Below, piece after piece: positions 49,901-63,900 of a DNA stretch of 64,000 nucleotides; the stretch's first letter is position 1; each line of letters begins with the position of its first letter. The DNA is taken from positions 19,601,045-19,665,044 of the forward strand of contig NC_092680.1 in NCBI RefSeq assembly GCF_964355755.1, given 5' to 3'. The position numbers and the translations under genes were made by a program. This stretch comes from Antedon mediterranea (taxonomy: Eukaryota > Animalia > Echinodermata). Below the pieces are notes generated by a model. That model saw only the letters and a list, made by a program, of their open reading frames with translations. It had not been told where the DNA came from and did no database searches.

Positions 49901-52272
49901 TAGAATAATGGAGATGACATTGAAATCTTAAATTGCTTTTTTTAAAACAAAACAGGATGTTTGGAATGGTAATCGAGAAACTGTTTTTACTTGATATGCA
50001 AAAGATATCTGGTCACATGGAGAAGAAAATATGTGCAGTGGGCGTATCAAAGATCTTGACAGAGGCTCCTGCTATGCTAGAGGGAGACTATTTAAAACAA
50101 TGGTGTGTTTAGTAAAACCCATACAGGTAGAACTTGACCTAGTCTAGTTTAATCAATATAGAAGTTGACCAGGTCTAGTTTAATAAATATAGAAGTTGAC
50201 CAGGTCTATTTAAACTTATACAGCTATAACTTAACCTATTCTAGTTAAATTAATATAGCCTTTAACTTAACCCAGCCTAGTTAAACTAATACAGCTATAA
50301 CTTAACTTAGCCTAGTTAAACTAATACAGCTTTAACTTAACCAGGTCTAATTTACTACAACTAGAACTTGACTAGGTTTAGTTATAAACCAATACAGCTG
50401 GAATTCCACAATATCTAGATATATACTTATACAGCTATAATTTAACTAGTCTAGTTAAAGCCCCCTTCCGTACGTTTTTTAGATCTAATTTAAGATCACA
50501 AACTATATTTAATGTAAAAATAATACTATATGGTCCTATTGCGATAACTTTTTTCGTCTTTAAACGGTTAAAATGTGAAAAATAAGTCGATTCTAATAAT
50601 TATAGCGGCCCGCTATAAATCCCAAAATGCATTGCGCGCGGATTGATATTTTTGTTTTTCACCTGTAATTCGCCCACTTTTCGATCGATCGTGAGGCCAA
50701 AACAAATGGAAGACTCCTAACTTTTCAGCGAAAATACCGGGTTTTCCCCAATTTGTATCAACTGAGTCTGGCAAAAATAGAAAGACAATTAATGCAGCAA
50801 CTATACAACGTCAGGCTAGATATATAGCTAGCGTATGATGTTCGTACGTTACCGATGTTTACCAGCTAGGCCTACAAAACTAAGCCTAGCTAGGCTAGGC
50901 CTAAAGACCGTCCACGAGAGATCGATCGCCGCAAGCTACTTAGGTAGTGCATTGTTTCTCACTTTTTATCATAATTTACCATAAAACGTACATTTAAGAC
51001 AAGGAATGACATGGTTTAATGTTTTTAAAGTGATATATATGTATTATTTTCCAAAAAACGTCCAAAATTGCAGGGAAGGGGTCTTTAAACTAATATAGCT
51101 ATAACTTAACCTAGTCTAGTTAAACTAATACAGCTATAACTTAACCAGGTCTTTAATACAACTAGAACTTGACCAGGTCTAGAAATTTATACAGCTATAA
51201 CTTACAGCAGCCTAAATTAAAGACACTGTCTTTTAGAATTTAGGATGGGAAATTTGAATTGTTTTGTAGAATTTCAGAAACTTTGGAAGCATTGGCCAAA
51301 GTTGATAAAAGGGCACATTGTTTAGTTGTTATATATCTACATGATTATCTAACTCTTTTTTCTCAGGACTCCCCTCTTACAAGCACTTGTTGGTCTTTTT
51401 GAACTGCCAGAGGACGAATCAATACCAGATGATGAACACTTCATAGAGATAGAGGAAACGCCAGGCTACCAAGCAGCCTACTCACAGCTAGCATTTGCTG
51501 GTAAGAAAGTACATGATCCATTTGCTGGTACTGTTGACAATCCAAAGCTTTTTCTCGCACAAAGCCTCAGCAAGTTGTCATCTGCTCATCCTGGCAAGGT
51601 ATGTATGTTATTGGATTTATTTTTTATTCTTTATACTGAGTAGCAAAGACTGTTCTCCCAGAGTGCCCAGTGTATGGTACTATGATGAGTTTGTGACCGT
51701 GACTGTGCGAAAACTAGTACAATGGGGTAACCCCCTTACTTGTTTCAAAAGATGTACTAGGTTCTTTAAAGTGCACACATGTTATAACTGTGTACACGGG
51801 ACCTGCGGTTTATAGTCCTTATCCGAGAAGACTCGTTCTACCACCAGAACCAAGGAGCGAGCAAGGCTCGAGCTCTTGCCGATGTTAGGACTACGTATTA
51901 CAGTTCCACTGTCTTACCCGCTCGGCCACTCACTCGCCATTGTGTGTTGCTCGGTAGAATTCTGTTAAATAAGCTGTATGCCGGGTTGAAGGCTTTCCAG
52001 TGGGTTTCCCCACTCAATAAACCCTCCAAAAATTAAAAACCCATCGACAACACCAACGTATCTGAAATTCATTCACTGTCCTCTGTCAAATCACACACAA
52101 GATGCTCTACATAAACAGTCTTAAAACAAATCTTCGGAAGTGGAGTTTTTACTACCAATACTAATAATCTACCTAATTTTTTTTACAGCTACCACCCCTG
52201 GTTTCGACCCTTGATCCTGCTGCTTTACAGTACCTTCAAGTTTATATTCAACAAGCCAATGTATCCATCTGA
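37960..52272 (+). CDS. CSE1L: Exportin-2 / CAS (importin-alpha re-exporter), about 23 coding exons
   Basis: [19 protein letters not shown] (37960-38044), [14 protein letters not shown] (38338-38483), [18 protein letters not shown] (39841-39986), [38 protein letters not shown] (43503-43670), [74 protein letters not shown], and [19 protein letters not shown]...[10 protein letters not shown] (51367-51598). Stop TGA at 52270-52272. Confidence 0.97.
38558..38630 (+). mobile_element. SINE family B 5' fragment
   Basis: GTGGAACCGTAATTGCGTAGCCATAACATCGGCAAGGGTTCGAGGCTCACTCGCTCCATGG is the reverse complement of the SINE head at about 58510-58575. Confidence 0.65.
40068..40219. mobile_element. Palindromic MITE
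   Basis: TAAGGTTTATCACAAA...TTTGCGATAAACCTTA termini, with internal inverted TTTGGGAGCAAACG / CGTTTGCTCCCAAA. Confidence 0.7.
41210..41364. mobile_element. MITE family C, second copy
   Basis: TTGGTTCCCACTAG.GAC.CAACACAAGGAC.TAACGCAA...CTAGTGGAAACCAAGCT matches 7386-7563. Confidence 0.8.
42131..42298. mobile_element. Tc1/mariner-type MITE remnant
   Basis: Inverted CCTCCTGTAAGCGGCCAC / GTGGCCGCTTACGGAAGG, ending ...ACTG|TA. Confidence 0.5.
42451..42626. repeat. 30-bp minisatellite x6
   Basis: CACAGTTCCGGTAATATAGGCCTACCAAGC units. Confidence 0.9.
46366..46521. mobile_element. hAT-type MITE
   Basis: Termini TAGTGGCGTAACG ... GCGTTACACCACTG with internal GGGGCCC motifs. TSD not resolved. Confidence 0.5.
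47294..47415 (+). mobile_element. tRNA-derived SINE head / tRNA pseudogene (Gly-TCC-like)
   Basis: A-box-like TAGCTTGTTGGT, anticodon-loop-like CTTCCAA and T-arm CAGG-ATTCAAT-CCTG. The acceptor stem is broken and the sequence continues into a non-tRNA body. Confidence 0.45.
50125..51205. repeat. About 35-bp degenerate minisatellite (CTAGTTAAACTAATACAGCTATAACTTAACC) interrupted by a Kolobok-like element
   Basis: Units are visible at 50125-50458 and 51085-51205. Confidence 0.75.
50459..51084. mobile_element. Kolobok-like non-autonomous DNA transposon
   Basis: TTAA|AGCCCCCTTCC ... GGAAGGGGTCT|TTAA: a TTAA TSD with RR..YY termini. Confidence 0.7.
51625..51940 (-). mobile_element. tRNA-derived SINE family B
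   Basis: The minus-strand head GAGTGAGTGGCCGAGCGG carries an A box. Body and tail match 58295-58603. Confidence 0.75.
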
Positions 52273-54900
52273 ATTAATTAGCTGAAATTGAATTGCTAAA
52301 GAAAAAAATAACAGAGACTGTATAAAAAGAGTGTAACAATTTCTGCAAAAAGTGTTTTACGGTAACAGTGTTGTTAACTCACAGACTAGCATCAGCTTAG
52401 CAGTGTAAATAAGCTGTTTCATATGAAACCACTGATAGAAACTTGAAAAATATTGCTCATTATCTTCTTAACTGTTCCACTTTTACCTAATTAACATAAC
52501 TATCATCTTTATGCAAATGATGCTAAAATACACTGCCATTTTTTTTTAAATGTTGTAAACATTGCTGTTTTCAAACGAAATTGCTAAAAATGTCACTCCA
52601 TGCTGGTAAGCTAATGGCATCAGAGATGTTTGTAGATTGTTCACTAATAATATACACACTGTATTTTTTAGTAACTATAGTTGTGAACAGTAACACTATT
52701 GCTCAAGTGTTCTCAACTCTTCCCTTCAACATCTCTATAAATAGTATAAAATATAATGAACTGTCTGTTTGCATAATACCCTGCTAAGTAGAATTTTAAA
52801 AAAAAGTTAATTTTCATTTCTTTTTACCTTGTGAGAATCAGAAATTGTAAAAATATGTGCTACATACTATGGTAGTGTAAAACTGTTTTCACACAATCAG
52901 AATGTATTGTATTTCTAAATCACAAACATTTTATATTAATTTTATGATAAATAATCATCAGTGGCCATGATAAAATATATAAATGGTGCTAAACATACTG
53001 CCTATAAACTGTGGAACTCATATTCTGAATTGAAAAGTGCAGACATCAAAGCTGTTTATAGGCCTATAAAAATCACAAAAATTGTATTAAAACTGTTATC
53101 AGCAGCAACGATAAAATAAAATGGTGCTGAGACCTGTTTGCTAGCAAAATATACTGCCAAAAAACTTGTGATATCATTTCTGATTTTTTTAAACGTCTTA
53201 CTACATAGAAGACATCAAAGCTGTTTGTACAGTAGAGCTTCCAACCAATCAGAATGTTCTGTAAAAAGAGATTTTTTTCTGATTTAAAAAAAAACTGATA
53301 ATAAAAGCTAAATCTTATTAATTTCTTGTAAAAAAGGTATTGTTATTATTTTTATTATCCAGGTGCTTGAGCTAATAATTACACTATCAGAACAAGTACC
53401 TCTCACTATACTATGATTGGCTTTGAGTGATGTTCCAGTAAATATTATATATTATTATTAATATGCAGATGTGTTTAAAAAAAATATGCTATACATTATA
53501 TAAAATGACTGTTTAAAACAACTGAAATTGAGCAGAGATTCTATTGTAAATTGTATATGTAGTTACGTTTCTTCTGGTTAAAAATCATAAATATCTATTT
53601 CTAGAGAATGTTTTTCTAGGTCTTTGTGTCATATTTGCAAATGCAAACATGTGATTTATTAATTTTTTTTCAAATTTCCTAAAATATTACCAAGTAAACT
53701 ATTATTATATAAAGCATAAAATGCTGTAAGATTTTCAGTTGTGCCATGTATAGCAGTTGAAAAACCTTTTGAAAATGTATATTAATTGCATAAATTGTCA
53801 TGTTATTTTGTTTCTTATTGTTAATTATATATTTTTTTTACCTTTTTCATTAGTGTTTAATACTACCATGATATGAATCAAATAATCTGTCAGTTGCTGT
53901 AGCTTGCTAGGCCTACCCTACTGTAACAAACAAAGATAACGTTTTCTGCTGTGAATGGGATAAATAAAATTCAGAATTTTTGTCGTAGTTCATTAATTTG
54001 CAATAGCCCTCTCTATAGAAAGACATTTTTTTTTATGCGGTCAAGTCATGTTTTTCTTGTATTTTCTCATCAAATCTGAAACAAGTCATAAATTAAAAAT
54101 ATAAAAAATTTGAGATTATTTTTGTAATATTGAATTTTTAATGAAACATAATCTGACCGAAGAACAGAGAGATAATAATAATATAAGCCGACTTTTTAGA
54201 GGACTAATACAATGATTCAGTCTGATGTACTTTTAACATTAATTAAGGGGTAAAAAAATGATGTTACATAGAGATCCAATGAGATAATCATAAATACAAA
54301 ACTACTATGGTACAATGTTGTATAATAAAGGAAAAAACGTAGAATCAATTGTGGTCAATTATTATTTATAGAGTTCTATTTCTTTAAAAAAAATCTATTA
54401 TATATATGTTACTCTATGGTTAGTGAAGTCATTATATCTATTTCAAAAAGGTGAATTCTAAAGTGTTTTAAACATAAAATAACTTACAATCAATACCAAG
54501 CTAATAATTATGGTCTAACCCAAACCTCTACTTTCTCCTATATACAATATTTATAACAACTCGAAAAATATCACCATGGGTATACCCTCAATTTGAACCC
54601 TCTCTTTTGATTACGTAGGCCTCTATGTCCAAATGTTCTGCACAGAAGCATATACAATATTATAGTGTATGAGAAAATATCCCCACTCTTTAAACAGTGA
54701 ACCTGAGGAGGTTCTCTGGAAATTATTAAAATCAGAACCAAACAAGTCAACCACTTGACTTGATAACCATACTGCCTTTATTGAACTATACTGTAAGTTG
54801 GGTAATTCATCGTATCAATGATCTTCAGTCATCTTATTCTCTTTCAAATGTCTGATAAAATCAACCAATTGATACTTTGCTGCATAATTTTGGCAATACT

Positions 54901-57900
54901 TCAAATTGAGTTTTCTAAATTTTCTGCAGCAACATCCAACTTATTCTCTTTCAAATGTTCAATAAATGACAGCAACCTATCTTCTCTTAGGATGCCCCTT
55001 TCTTCAAGATATAGTATCACAGTCCACTGGTTGTCACGTTGTTTCCTAGAAACATCGTTTAGATGGATGAGCTTTCTTACATTGTCTTGGGAAAGTATTT
55101 TGCCGAAATCTATCAGCTTCTGTCGGTACGTTGTAACAGTTGTTACATGATGGTCGGATTCTTCAAACGTGTTCTTCAGATATTTGTTAGCCTCAAGAGC
55201 ACCTTTGGTACTGGTGACATTGATGATATCGATAAGAACTTTAAAGTTGTTTACGGTAAGATTACCAGCACGTCTCAATGAAATAAACAACTTCATGGTG
55301 GTGTCAGCCGTCTGTAGATCACTGTAAGGTGTTACAAGATCTTTGCAAAACACCTTCAGCATATCAAGTGAACAATGCTCATCATACCAATTAGATACTT
55401 GTACCAACATTGTCTGAAATTTCTTCTTAGGTAATTCTGTACAAAAACAATACTTAGATAGATAGAGATATTAACATGAGTATAAATTGGTATATACAAA
55501 CGAAAGAATAAGTAACATATCTATATAGTTATAAAAATCGTTACCTCCAAATACCCTCGACGACACCGACTCCAACTCTGGCTTTGGTGCTGGTACTGGC
55601 TCAAGTAGCTCTGACTCTCGATTTGGCACTGACTCCGACTCTGGATTTGGCTTTGGCGCTGGCACCGGTTTTATCCCTGACTCTCGCTTTGGCACTGGCT
55701 TTAGCGCTGGCACCGGCTTTAGTCTTGACTCTCGCTTTGGCACTGGCTTTGGCGCTGGCACCGGTTTTAGCTCTGGCTTTGGCACTGACTTTGGCTTTAG
55801 CTTTAGTTCTGGTTTTGGCGCTGGCACCGGCTTTAGCTCCGGCTTTGGCACTGACTTTGGCTTTAGCCTTAGTTCTGGTTTTGGCGCTGGCACCGATTTT
55901 AGCTCTGATTCTAGCTTTGGCACTGGCTTTGGCTTCAGTTCTGGTTTTGGCGCTGGAACTGGCTTTAGCTCCGACTCTCGCGTTGGCACTGACTCTGGCT
56001 TTGGCTTTAGTTCTGACTTTGGCGCTGGCACCGGTTTTAGCTCTGACTCTAGCTTTGACTCTGGCTTTGGCGCTGGAACTGGCTTTAGCTCTGACTCTGG
56101 CTTTGGCACTGACTCTGGCTTTGGCTTTAGTTCTGGTTTTGGCGCTGGCACTGGCTTTAACTCCGACTCTCGCTTTTGCAATGACCCTGGATCCGGCTTT
56201 GGCAATGACTTTGGCTTTAGCCTTAGTTCTGGTTTTGGCGCTGGCACCGGTTTTAGCTCTGACTCTAGCTTTGGCACTGGCTTTGGCTTCAGTTCTGGTT
56301 TTGGCGCTGGAACTGGCTTTAGCTCCGACTCTTGCGTTGGCACTGACTCTGGCTTTGGCTTTAGTTCTGACTTTGGCGCTGGCACCAGTTTTAGCTCTGA
56401 CTCTAGCTTTGGCACTGACTCTGGCCTTGGCTTTAGTTCTGGTTTTGGCGCTGGAACTGGCTTTAGCTCTGACTCTAGCTTTGGCACTGACTCTGGCTTT
56501 GGCTTTAGTTCTGGTTTTGGCGCTGGCACTGGCTTTAACTCCGACTCTCGCTTTTGCAATGACCCTGGCTCTGGCTTTGCCGCTGGCACTGGCTTTAGCT
56601 CTGACTCTAGCTTTGGCACTGACTCTGGCTTTATTTCTGCTTTTGGCGCTGGAACTGGCTTTAGCTCTGACTCTAGCTTTGACACTGACTCTGGCTTTGG
56701 CCTTAGTTCTGTTTTTGCCGCTGACACTGGCTTTAGTTCTGACTCTAGATCTGACGCTGGCAATGACTCTGGCTTTGGTACTGGTTCTTTATTAGTGCCT
56801 ATACCTTGTAATAACACAATACTAGGATTAGTACAGTTTTTTTATACTTTGTTTGGTAAGGATGAATAGTGATTACAACGATTGAGATATAATTATAATT
56901 AAGTAATGACGACGATAAAATATACAATTTCAAATTTACCTTTCGAAAAAAATCACTTGTAGAATTTTTATTCGTTTCAAATTAATTAATATTTAGTATA
57001 ACACCGACCGGTTTAGACTTTCTTCTATGCCTGTTTATGTATAAAAATATTAAATATAGTTACCTCCAAATACCATTGACATTGACTCTGCCTCTGGCAC
57101 TGTCTCCAATTTTGACTCTGATTCTGCTTCTGACTCTACTGGCTCTGCAACTGACACTGTCTCTGATTCTGACTCGGATACTGGCTCTAAATAATATAAT
57201 ATAATTTCAGAAATAAAAGATCTAATAATTATTGAATCATGGAAAAAGAAAAGAAAAATCAATCTCCTACAATTGTTTAAATCTGAAAAAAAGATAAGTA
57301 ATCTGTAAATATGCAGGTATACATGTGTATGTTCAATCAGATTACATGTAAGAGAAAATGTTAATGAGCTACAATGAATGATCTATTATGTTTTTTTGTT
57401 TGTTTTTTGTTTTGTTTTTTGGCGCTAATATATTGTATGTTTTGTAAATATGTTTAATAACTGGATGATTTGAAAAGAAAGAAAACAAAGACAAAATGTG
57501 AAAAGTGTTTTATAGATTGATGATAACAAACAATGATGAAGGATAAGAAGGTTTATGTATAAGTTGTGAAATGTGTATTGATCAAAGCTTTTATGTATGT
57601 ACAGTATATATGTAAATATGCACATTCTTAATGCATGCGAAATTTAAAATGACAAAATTGTGAAAAAGAAACAAATATATCTAAGTTTATAAATAGATTA
57701 TTAAACATAAATTTTGTTAAATAATAATGTATGTATAAACAAAGGAATATATGGAAATATATTAAAAGAAAAAAGTTAAAAAAAAAGTGGAATGAACCCA
57801 CATAAGAAAAAAAAAGAAGACAAGGTAGATGAAAATTTGATGGGTTATAAAGGGTAATATGTGGAAATATATTTTGTAAATATTATTAAACAAAAAAATC

Positions 57901-60900
57901 AATGTTAAAGGATGAGAAAATATTATGTTTACAGTAAATAGTTAGTAAGGTATAAGAGAGAATATGTATTGTTAAATGAAAATATGTTTGCATAGATAAA
58001 TCCAAGGAAAGATAAAATGGGATCAACCCATAGGAGATATTATCAATCAATCAAAGTAACATTTATTTCTCTTCTCTTTCATAGAATATAAAATTAACAG
58101 TAAATATGATTAAAATAAGAGGGCAACATTCCTAAAAAGCGAAGCTTGTATATAAGGCAGCCCATAAAAATTGAAAAAGAAAATAGAACAACACTGGAAC
58201 CGGAAACAGGACAAAAACATTAATGAAGACTTTTAGTTTCAGGGTACCGAAAAATGCTAAATATAAAAACTACAATGAGTGAAAGGATTGATTGAAATAT
58301 ATATTTATACTGGGTAACCTCTTCAGTCAAAGACTGGTCTCCCAGAGGGCCCAGTTGGTGATCAGTGGCTGTGATGTCCTAGTACACCGAGGCAACCCCC
58401 TACTCGTCTGGAAAGATGTACTAGGTTCTTTAAAGTGCACACGAGCTAGATGTGTACACTGGACCTACGGTTTATAGTCCTTATCCCAGAAAACTCGTTC
58501 TTCCAACAGAACCATGGAGTAAGTGAGCCTCGAACCCCTGCCGATGTTATGGCTACGTAATTACGGTTCCACTGTCTTAACCGCTTGGCCACTCACTCAC
58601 TCCAAATAATTACACATAACTGGATAAGAGGTGTCGTTTCAATTTAAAAGAAAAACTCTTCTTAGACAAAGCACTTTTTATAGGAACTGGTACACTATCC
58701 CAGAGTTTAGGACCAGTGAACTTAATGCTATGTTTAAAAGAAGTAGTTTAAAAAAAACGAATACGTATTTGATTTGCGCTCCGAGTTTTGTGGTTATGAA
58801 AATTAAGATTGAAACTATATAAATCATCAAAGTATGATGGCAGGATCGAGTTTAGCAATGAATAAAGAAAAACACTTTGTTGAAGATGGTTAATATCCTG
58901 AATTTTAAGAAGACCAAAAGAAGAAAATAAAGGATTGGAATGGTATAAGGGATAAGGGAGGAGCATTAAATTAGATGGATTTATTAAATATAGAATATAT
59001 TATAATTGTATGAATTAAATATGCCATGTAAGAAAAGATAAGCTTTGTTAATGAAAATGTATTGTAGATAATATGTATAAAAAGAGGAAACTATGAAGAG
59101 AAAAGATAAAACAAAAATCAATGTGATAATATGTAAACAAATGAAATATAATAATATGTATAGTTTATTGAAATGAAAATTTTTAGATAAAAATATATGT
59201 AAAGAGAACATTATATATGGAAATAAAAGTGGGATGAACCCAAAATTTATTGAATCATGAATACTGAACTGGTAGCAATGAATAATATTGTAAACTCGTA
59301 AAGATAAGAATATGTAAAAATAAGTGAAAAAAAAAATTAAATATAGGCCTTACCAAGACTTGACTCTTCTGCTTGATAAACATTAGACTAGTAATACGTA
59401 TGTCCGATTAAAGAAAGATAATTGTATTTTATAGATGAGGTTGTTGATTTTGCCATTAGAATTGTGAATAGTGAGGATGACAATTACGGTAATTATTATC
59501 GTTGATGTCAAATGAGTAAGCATAACAGACTCACCAATAAAAAAAAATCGTTTGATATGAGCAGTATTCATAGCCTTCTTTCTTCCACATGAAACCAAAT
59601 CATTTTTCAAACACTTGTCAAGATCGATTAAGTGATGATTACTTGGGTTACAAAAAGTGCATAACACACGTAGGTTGTAGCCAATGCCCTCGTATATGGT
59701 GCAGGTAGTTTCTAGTTGCTTCTTCAAGTAAGTAAGTACCTATAATATATGTATTTAAATATGTTATATAGTATTTATACATCTATTACGTGATAATTTT
59801 ATTTAAAATGTTGATCTTATACCTCCATGCAGACACTCGGTTCTGGTTTAAATTTAAACTCTGTTTCTTTGTCACCGCCTTCTGCAGTAGGCTGCAATAT
59901 GTCGGTCCATCGTGATATTTCCAGCTGTGAAGGAAAATATTACTCATTAAAAAAAATTGTCATTTAGCCAACTTATCTGATTTTATTCCCTAATATACAA
60001 ATTGAACTAAGTGTATGGTGTCAGATCGGATTTAAAAAAAATTAAATTGCAGAATGTATACACTACTCTATAATTAAAAGTAAATTTGTTTATGGCAAAA
60101 ATGGAAAAAAAAAAAAATACCTTTAGAGCATATGGTTTTTCTTTTTTATTGCTGATTTTGACAGAGCCTAAACTGACAGTGTGATTACTAAATTTAAAGT
60201 CACTACGATTCCGGAACACTTCTGAATCATCACTACCCTTTTCGGTCATAAATTCAAGGAATGCAACAACCAAAGTGTGGTACACAGCGTCCGGAAGAAA
60301 ATCTGTCGGAGTCAGGTAAACTGACACTGTTTGCTCGTCATCTTTTGAAACTTCTAGATTCTTCTCCTCTTTGTCAACTTTCATTCGACAAGGAACTAGG
60401 AATATCCGGTTACCTTTTTCGATTCCCTGTTAATATAAACTAACATTACTTAATTACAATAGTTAATAAATATTAGTATATATATATTAGTGTCTAGTAT
60501 AATCATTAAAGTATACGCTACGTGCCTACCTTAGTCTTCTCAAAAAGCAAACGAAACATTTTCATCAGTTCTACAAAGACATCAAAGAGACCTTCATCTT
60601 CGTTTCTCCACAAATAACGTAGTAACTTCTCCTCAAGAACTCCCTCATTATCAAGCTTTCCCCATAGCATCCGCATTTGCTTCTGAGTACAAATAAAAAA
60701 TGGTTTTATTTTAAATAGGACAAACACATTGTAAAATTCATCGTAAACTATGATGATATTGCCTTGACTGATGATTATTGTATTATATAGTTCTTTACAT
60801 TATTATATTATATCAATCTAGGATTATAAAATGCATTTACTTACCGCCGTAATAGTTGGTTTAACTACTGTAATAACTTTTGTAAGAATTTGAATCATCC

Positions 60901-63900
60901 AGTGAAGATTTGTTATCACAATGTGTCTTAATTTCTTATTAGTGCCGGAATACATAATTATTCCAGTGTCATTCAGATACATTATGGCATGGGTAAGCGG
61001 ATCTTCGGAAATTCCGCATTCAGTACCAATCTTAGAAATCTAATATAAAATTGAAATTGTAACGGTATTATATTCAATTAACTGGCAAATCTATAAACAA
61101 AACAGTACTTATAGTATAGTAATATATATATAACATTTTTTGTACCACCTCAGCTACGAACCACATAAGGCCTACGTTTACTATAGAGCCTGCTCAGGTC
61201 AAGCTACCGATAATGTTGGATTACTGTACAATTATTAAAAACAAGAAAACTTCTTTCTAAAACTTATGAAACCTATATAATGTGATGTTTCAATGATAGA
61301 ATTCTATACATTTCACGAGAAAAGTTGTTGTTTTAGCTTAGCAACGATCAAATTAAATTTGTATATATATATTATTGCTGTACTGTATACACTGTATATG
61401 GCCTATAGCATTTGTGTTTTAAGAACAATGCTACAGTATGATACAGGTTTACCAAATTTACCCCTTACCTCTTTTAAGGTAATAGTCAATCTTGTTTTCC
61501 CAATTATTTGCAACCTTTCCTGCAAATCAACCCACTTTACTGGAACTTTCCTGGCCATTTCCTTCATGTATTTACCAACGTTTCGCTTAAGTTTTTCAAT
61601 ACCTTCATGTGACCTTACAGTGTTATCCACCATGTACATTTCACGATCTACATGCTCAGAATATTGCATTCCTTTCATTGCATCAAACATCTGCATGAAC
61701 ATCTTCTCTGCCTGTATTAGTAAATTTATATAAATACACTACTTTACAAACTATTGTAATTTTGTTTATCTCACGTGTAGTGTACATTTCTCTCCGTTTT
61801 TATATATTGCTCAGGATGTTCAAGACTCAGTGACTTAAATATCAACTTCATTACCTTTATCCGTTTGTTTGATTTAGACCCTGACAATTTGTCCATATGG
61901 GTGGCAACCAAGCTGATAGGAGGTGACTCTATGTTCTGTCCATCAATAAAAATGGGGTTTCCTGGACCATGACGTGATACGGTATGTTCATAAATGGACC
62001 TTATCCAGAACAAATTCATGTCCAAATTAGTCATTCCTAGTGAATCCTAAAATAAAGAAATTTAATTGCAGATATAAAGTATAGGAATTAAAATCTATAT
62101 AATCCATCCATGTTCTAGTGAAAACTTCTACTTACTGTTGACGGATCTCGTGGATTTGCTGGTTCATCCAAATTGTCCATCACATTAAATGCAACACAGT
62201 AAGATACTGTATTTGTAAGAAAAAACTAAAAAATACACAAAACGTTACAATAAAAGGAGAAAATTATTAAAATCCATTTAATGTAATTAACCATAATAGA
62301 TTATGCATGTACAGTAATGTTAAATAACAATCTTGAATCGAGTCTGGCACTTTCTCTTCTCAAACCTAATTCTTATTGTTTATCCTCAGCACCACACGAT
62401 CAAATTAACAGACTTATTCTAGTACTAGAGTGTTGATATATGTTTCAAAACTTAGCTAAAATTCAATAGGTAATGATCATAGTCATAATGATAATGAAGA
62501 TGCAAAATAGTAAAAGTGTACCCTGTGTGTTATGTAGTAGTCTAGTTGACCGGCGTAGTCCCATATACTAGTTATGTCACTCACATCTACCTTCCCGATT
62601 GTTAAACTTTTATATAAAAACTTCACAGCTTTAGCCACCAAAGTGTTATCATTGTTTTCTAAACAAAAATTACAAAATATTAATGCTGATCAATAAATCG
62701 TTTTTAAATCAACAGTATAAACCCAATATTTAGATGTTGGAAAAGTGTCTTAGTTATAGTATACCTTTCCCTAATTTCTTATCAACATTTTTTGCTAACG
62801 CATGTTCACGAGTTTCCTTGGATAGCTTTGCTTCTGTACAAAAGGGTGAGAAAAGTACATAATTACTTGTTTAATTTTACATTAATTTTAAATTTAATAT
62901 TTAATAGATATTAATAAGTTAGGTATGAAGCAGTGTAGGCCTATTGGTCGAAACTTCGAAAAACCAACAGTTCTTTTCATAACTAATATATTACAAATTG
63001 ATAGGTAATTACATTGTTTGATTCATTGATGCGGTGAAAACTTCTGGCATCAGTACAAAATTTCTAAAGAAATATATATATAAAAACTTTCCTCTCGAAT
63101 AATCTCCCTGCGAGATTCTTATGAAATATACCCTTATCGTGTATCGTTTACCGTTGTTAGAAAACTGCGTGTTTACAAAAAAAAATAAAAGTTGTCTCCT
63201 CCTGAACAATTGTCCGGGGCGATACAATTAACATTGAAAACAACAATCTTTATGTCATTTTATAATCTAAATATTATAGTTAATGTTAAAATTATGGAAC
63301 AATAATGAATGTGACAAATGATGTTTTATACTGTATGTTTTAGTTCAAATTGTTTTTAGCTGCCTTATCTTACCATCTACATCTTTCATCATCCTCCACT
63401 TCCCACTATCATTCCCTCTTGCTTGAAACAATGTCGTGGTAACAATACCATTAGTAGATGGTTCTTTGGAATCAAATCTATTATAACAATGTATGGTAAA
63501 GTTGAACACTAAACAGAAGAAAAATGTCAAGACCGAAACTTATTATTTAGATCAATTTAGATCTTCAATCGAATTTTAAAAATATAAAGGGTTATCATTG
63601 AGATTATGGTTAGTTTATATTGAAGTAAATAAAAATTGATGTTCTACGAAATTCTTTATTTTTATCCTTTAAAATTTTCAAAAACACAAAAAAATGATTT
63701 ATTTAGTATAAAATGCCATTAAAATGATACGTTTGTTTATTACTTTTTTCCAACCATAGCCTTTACACAGCTAGTCTTGCCAGCACCTTCTTTCCCAAGA
63801 AACATACATCTTGAATTTACAAGTGAGATTTTACCATTTTTAAGTTCATCTTTGTATAGCTTGATAGCATTTTTACCCTTAAAATATATTTCTGCTGGAA

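Noticed and set aside
55584-56795. 403-aa Leu/Ala-rich + strand ORF
   Set aside because: It is the antisense shadow of the PKPE coding repeat. The minus-strand frame has matching splice sites in the Roco gene.
57400-59330. Purine-skewed intron with recurring GTGGGATGAACCCA-like motifs
   Set aside because: No termini, TSD or ORF could be defined apart from the SINE and LINE pieces. Treated as degraded repeat or low-complexity sequence.
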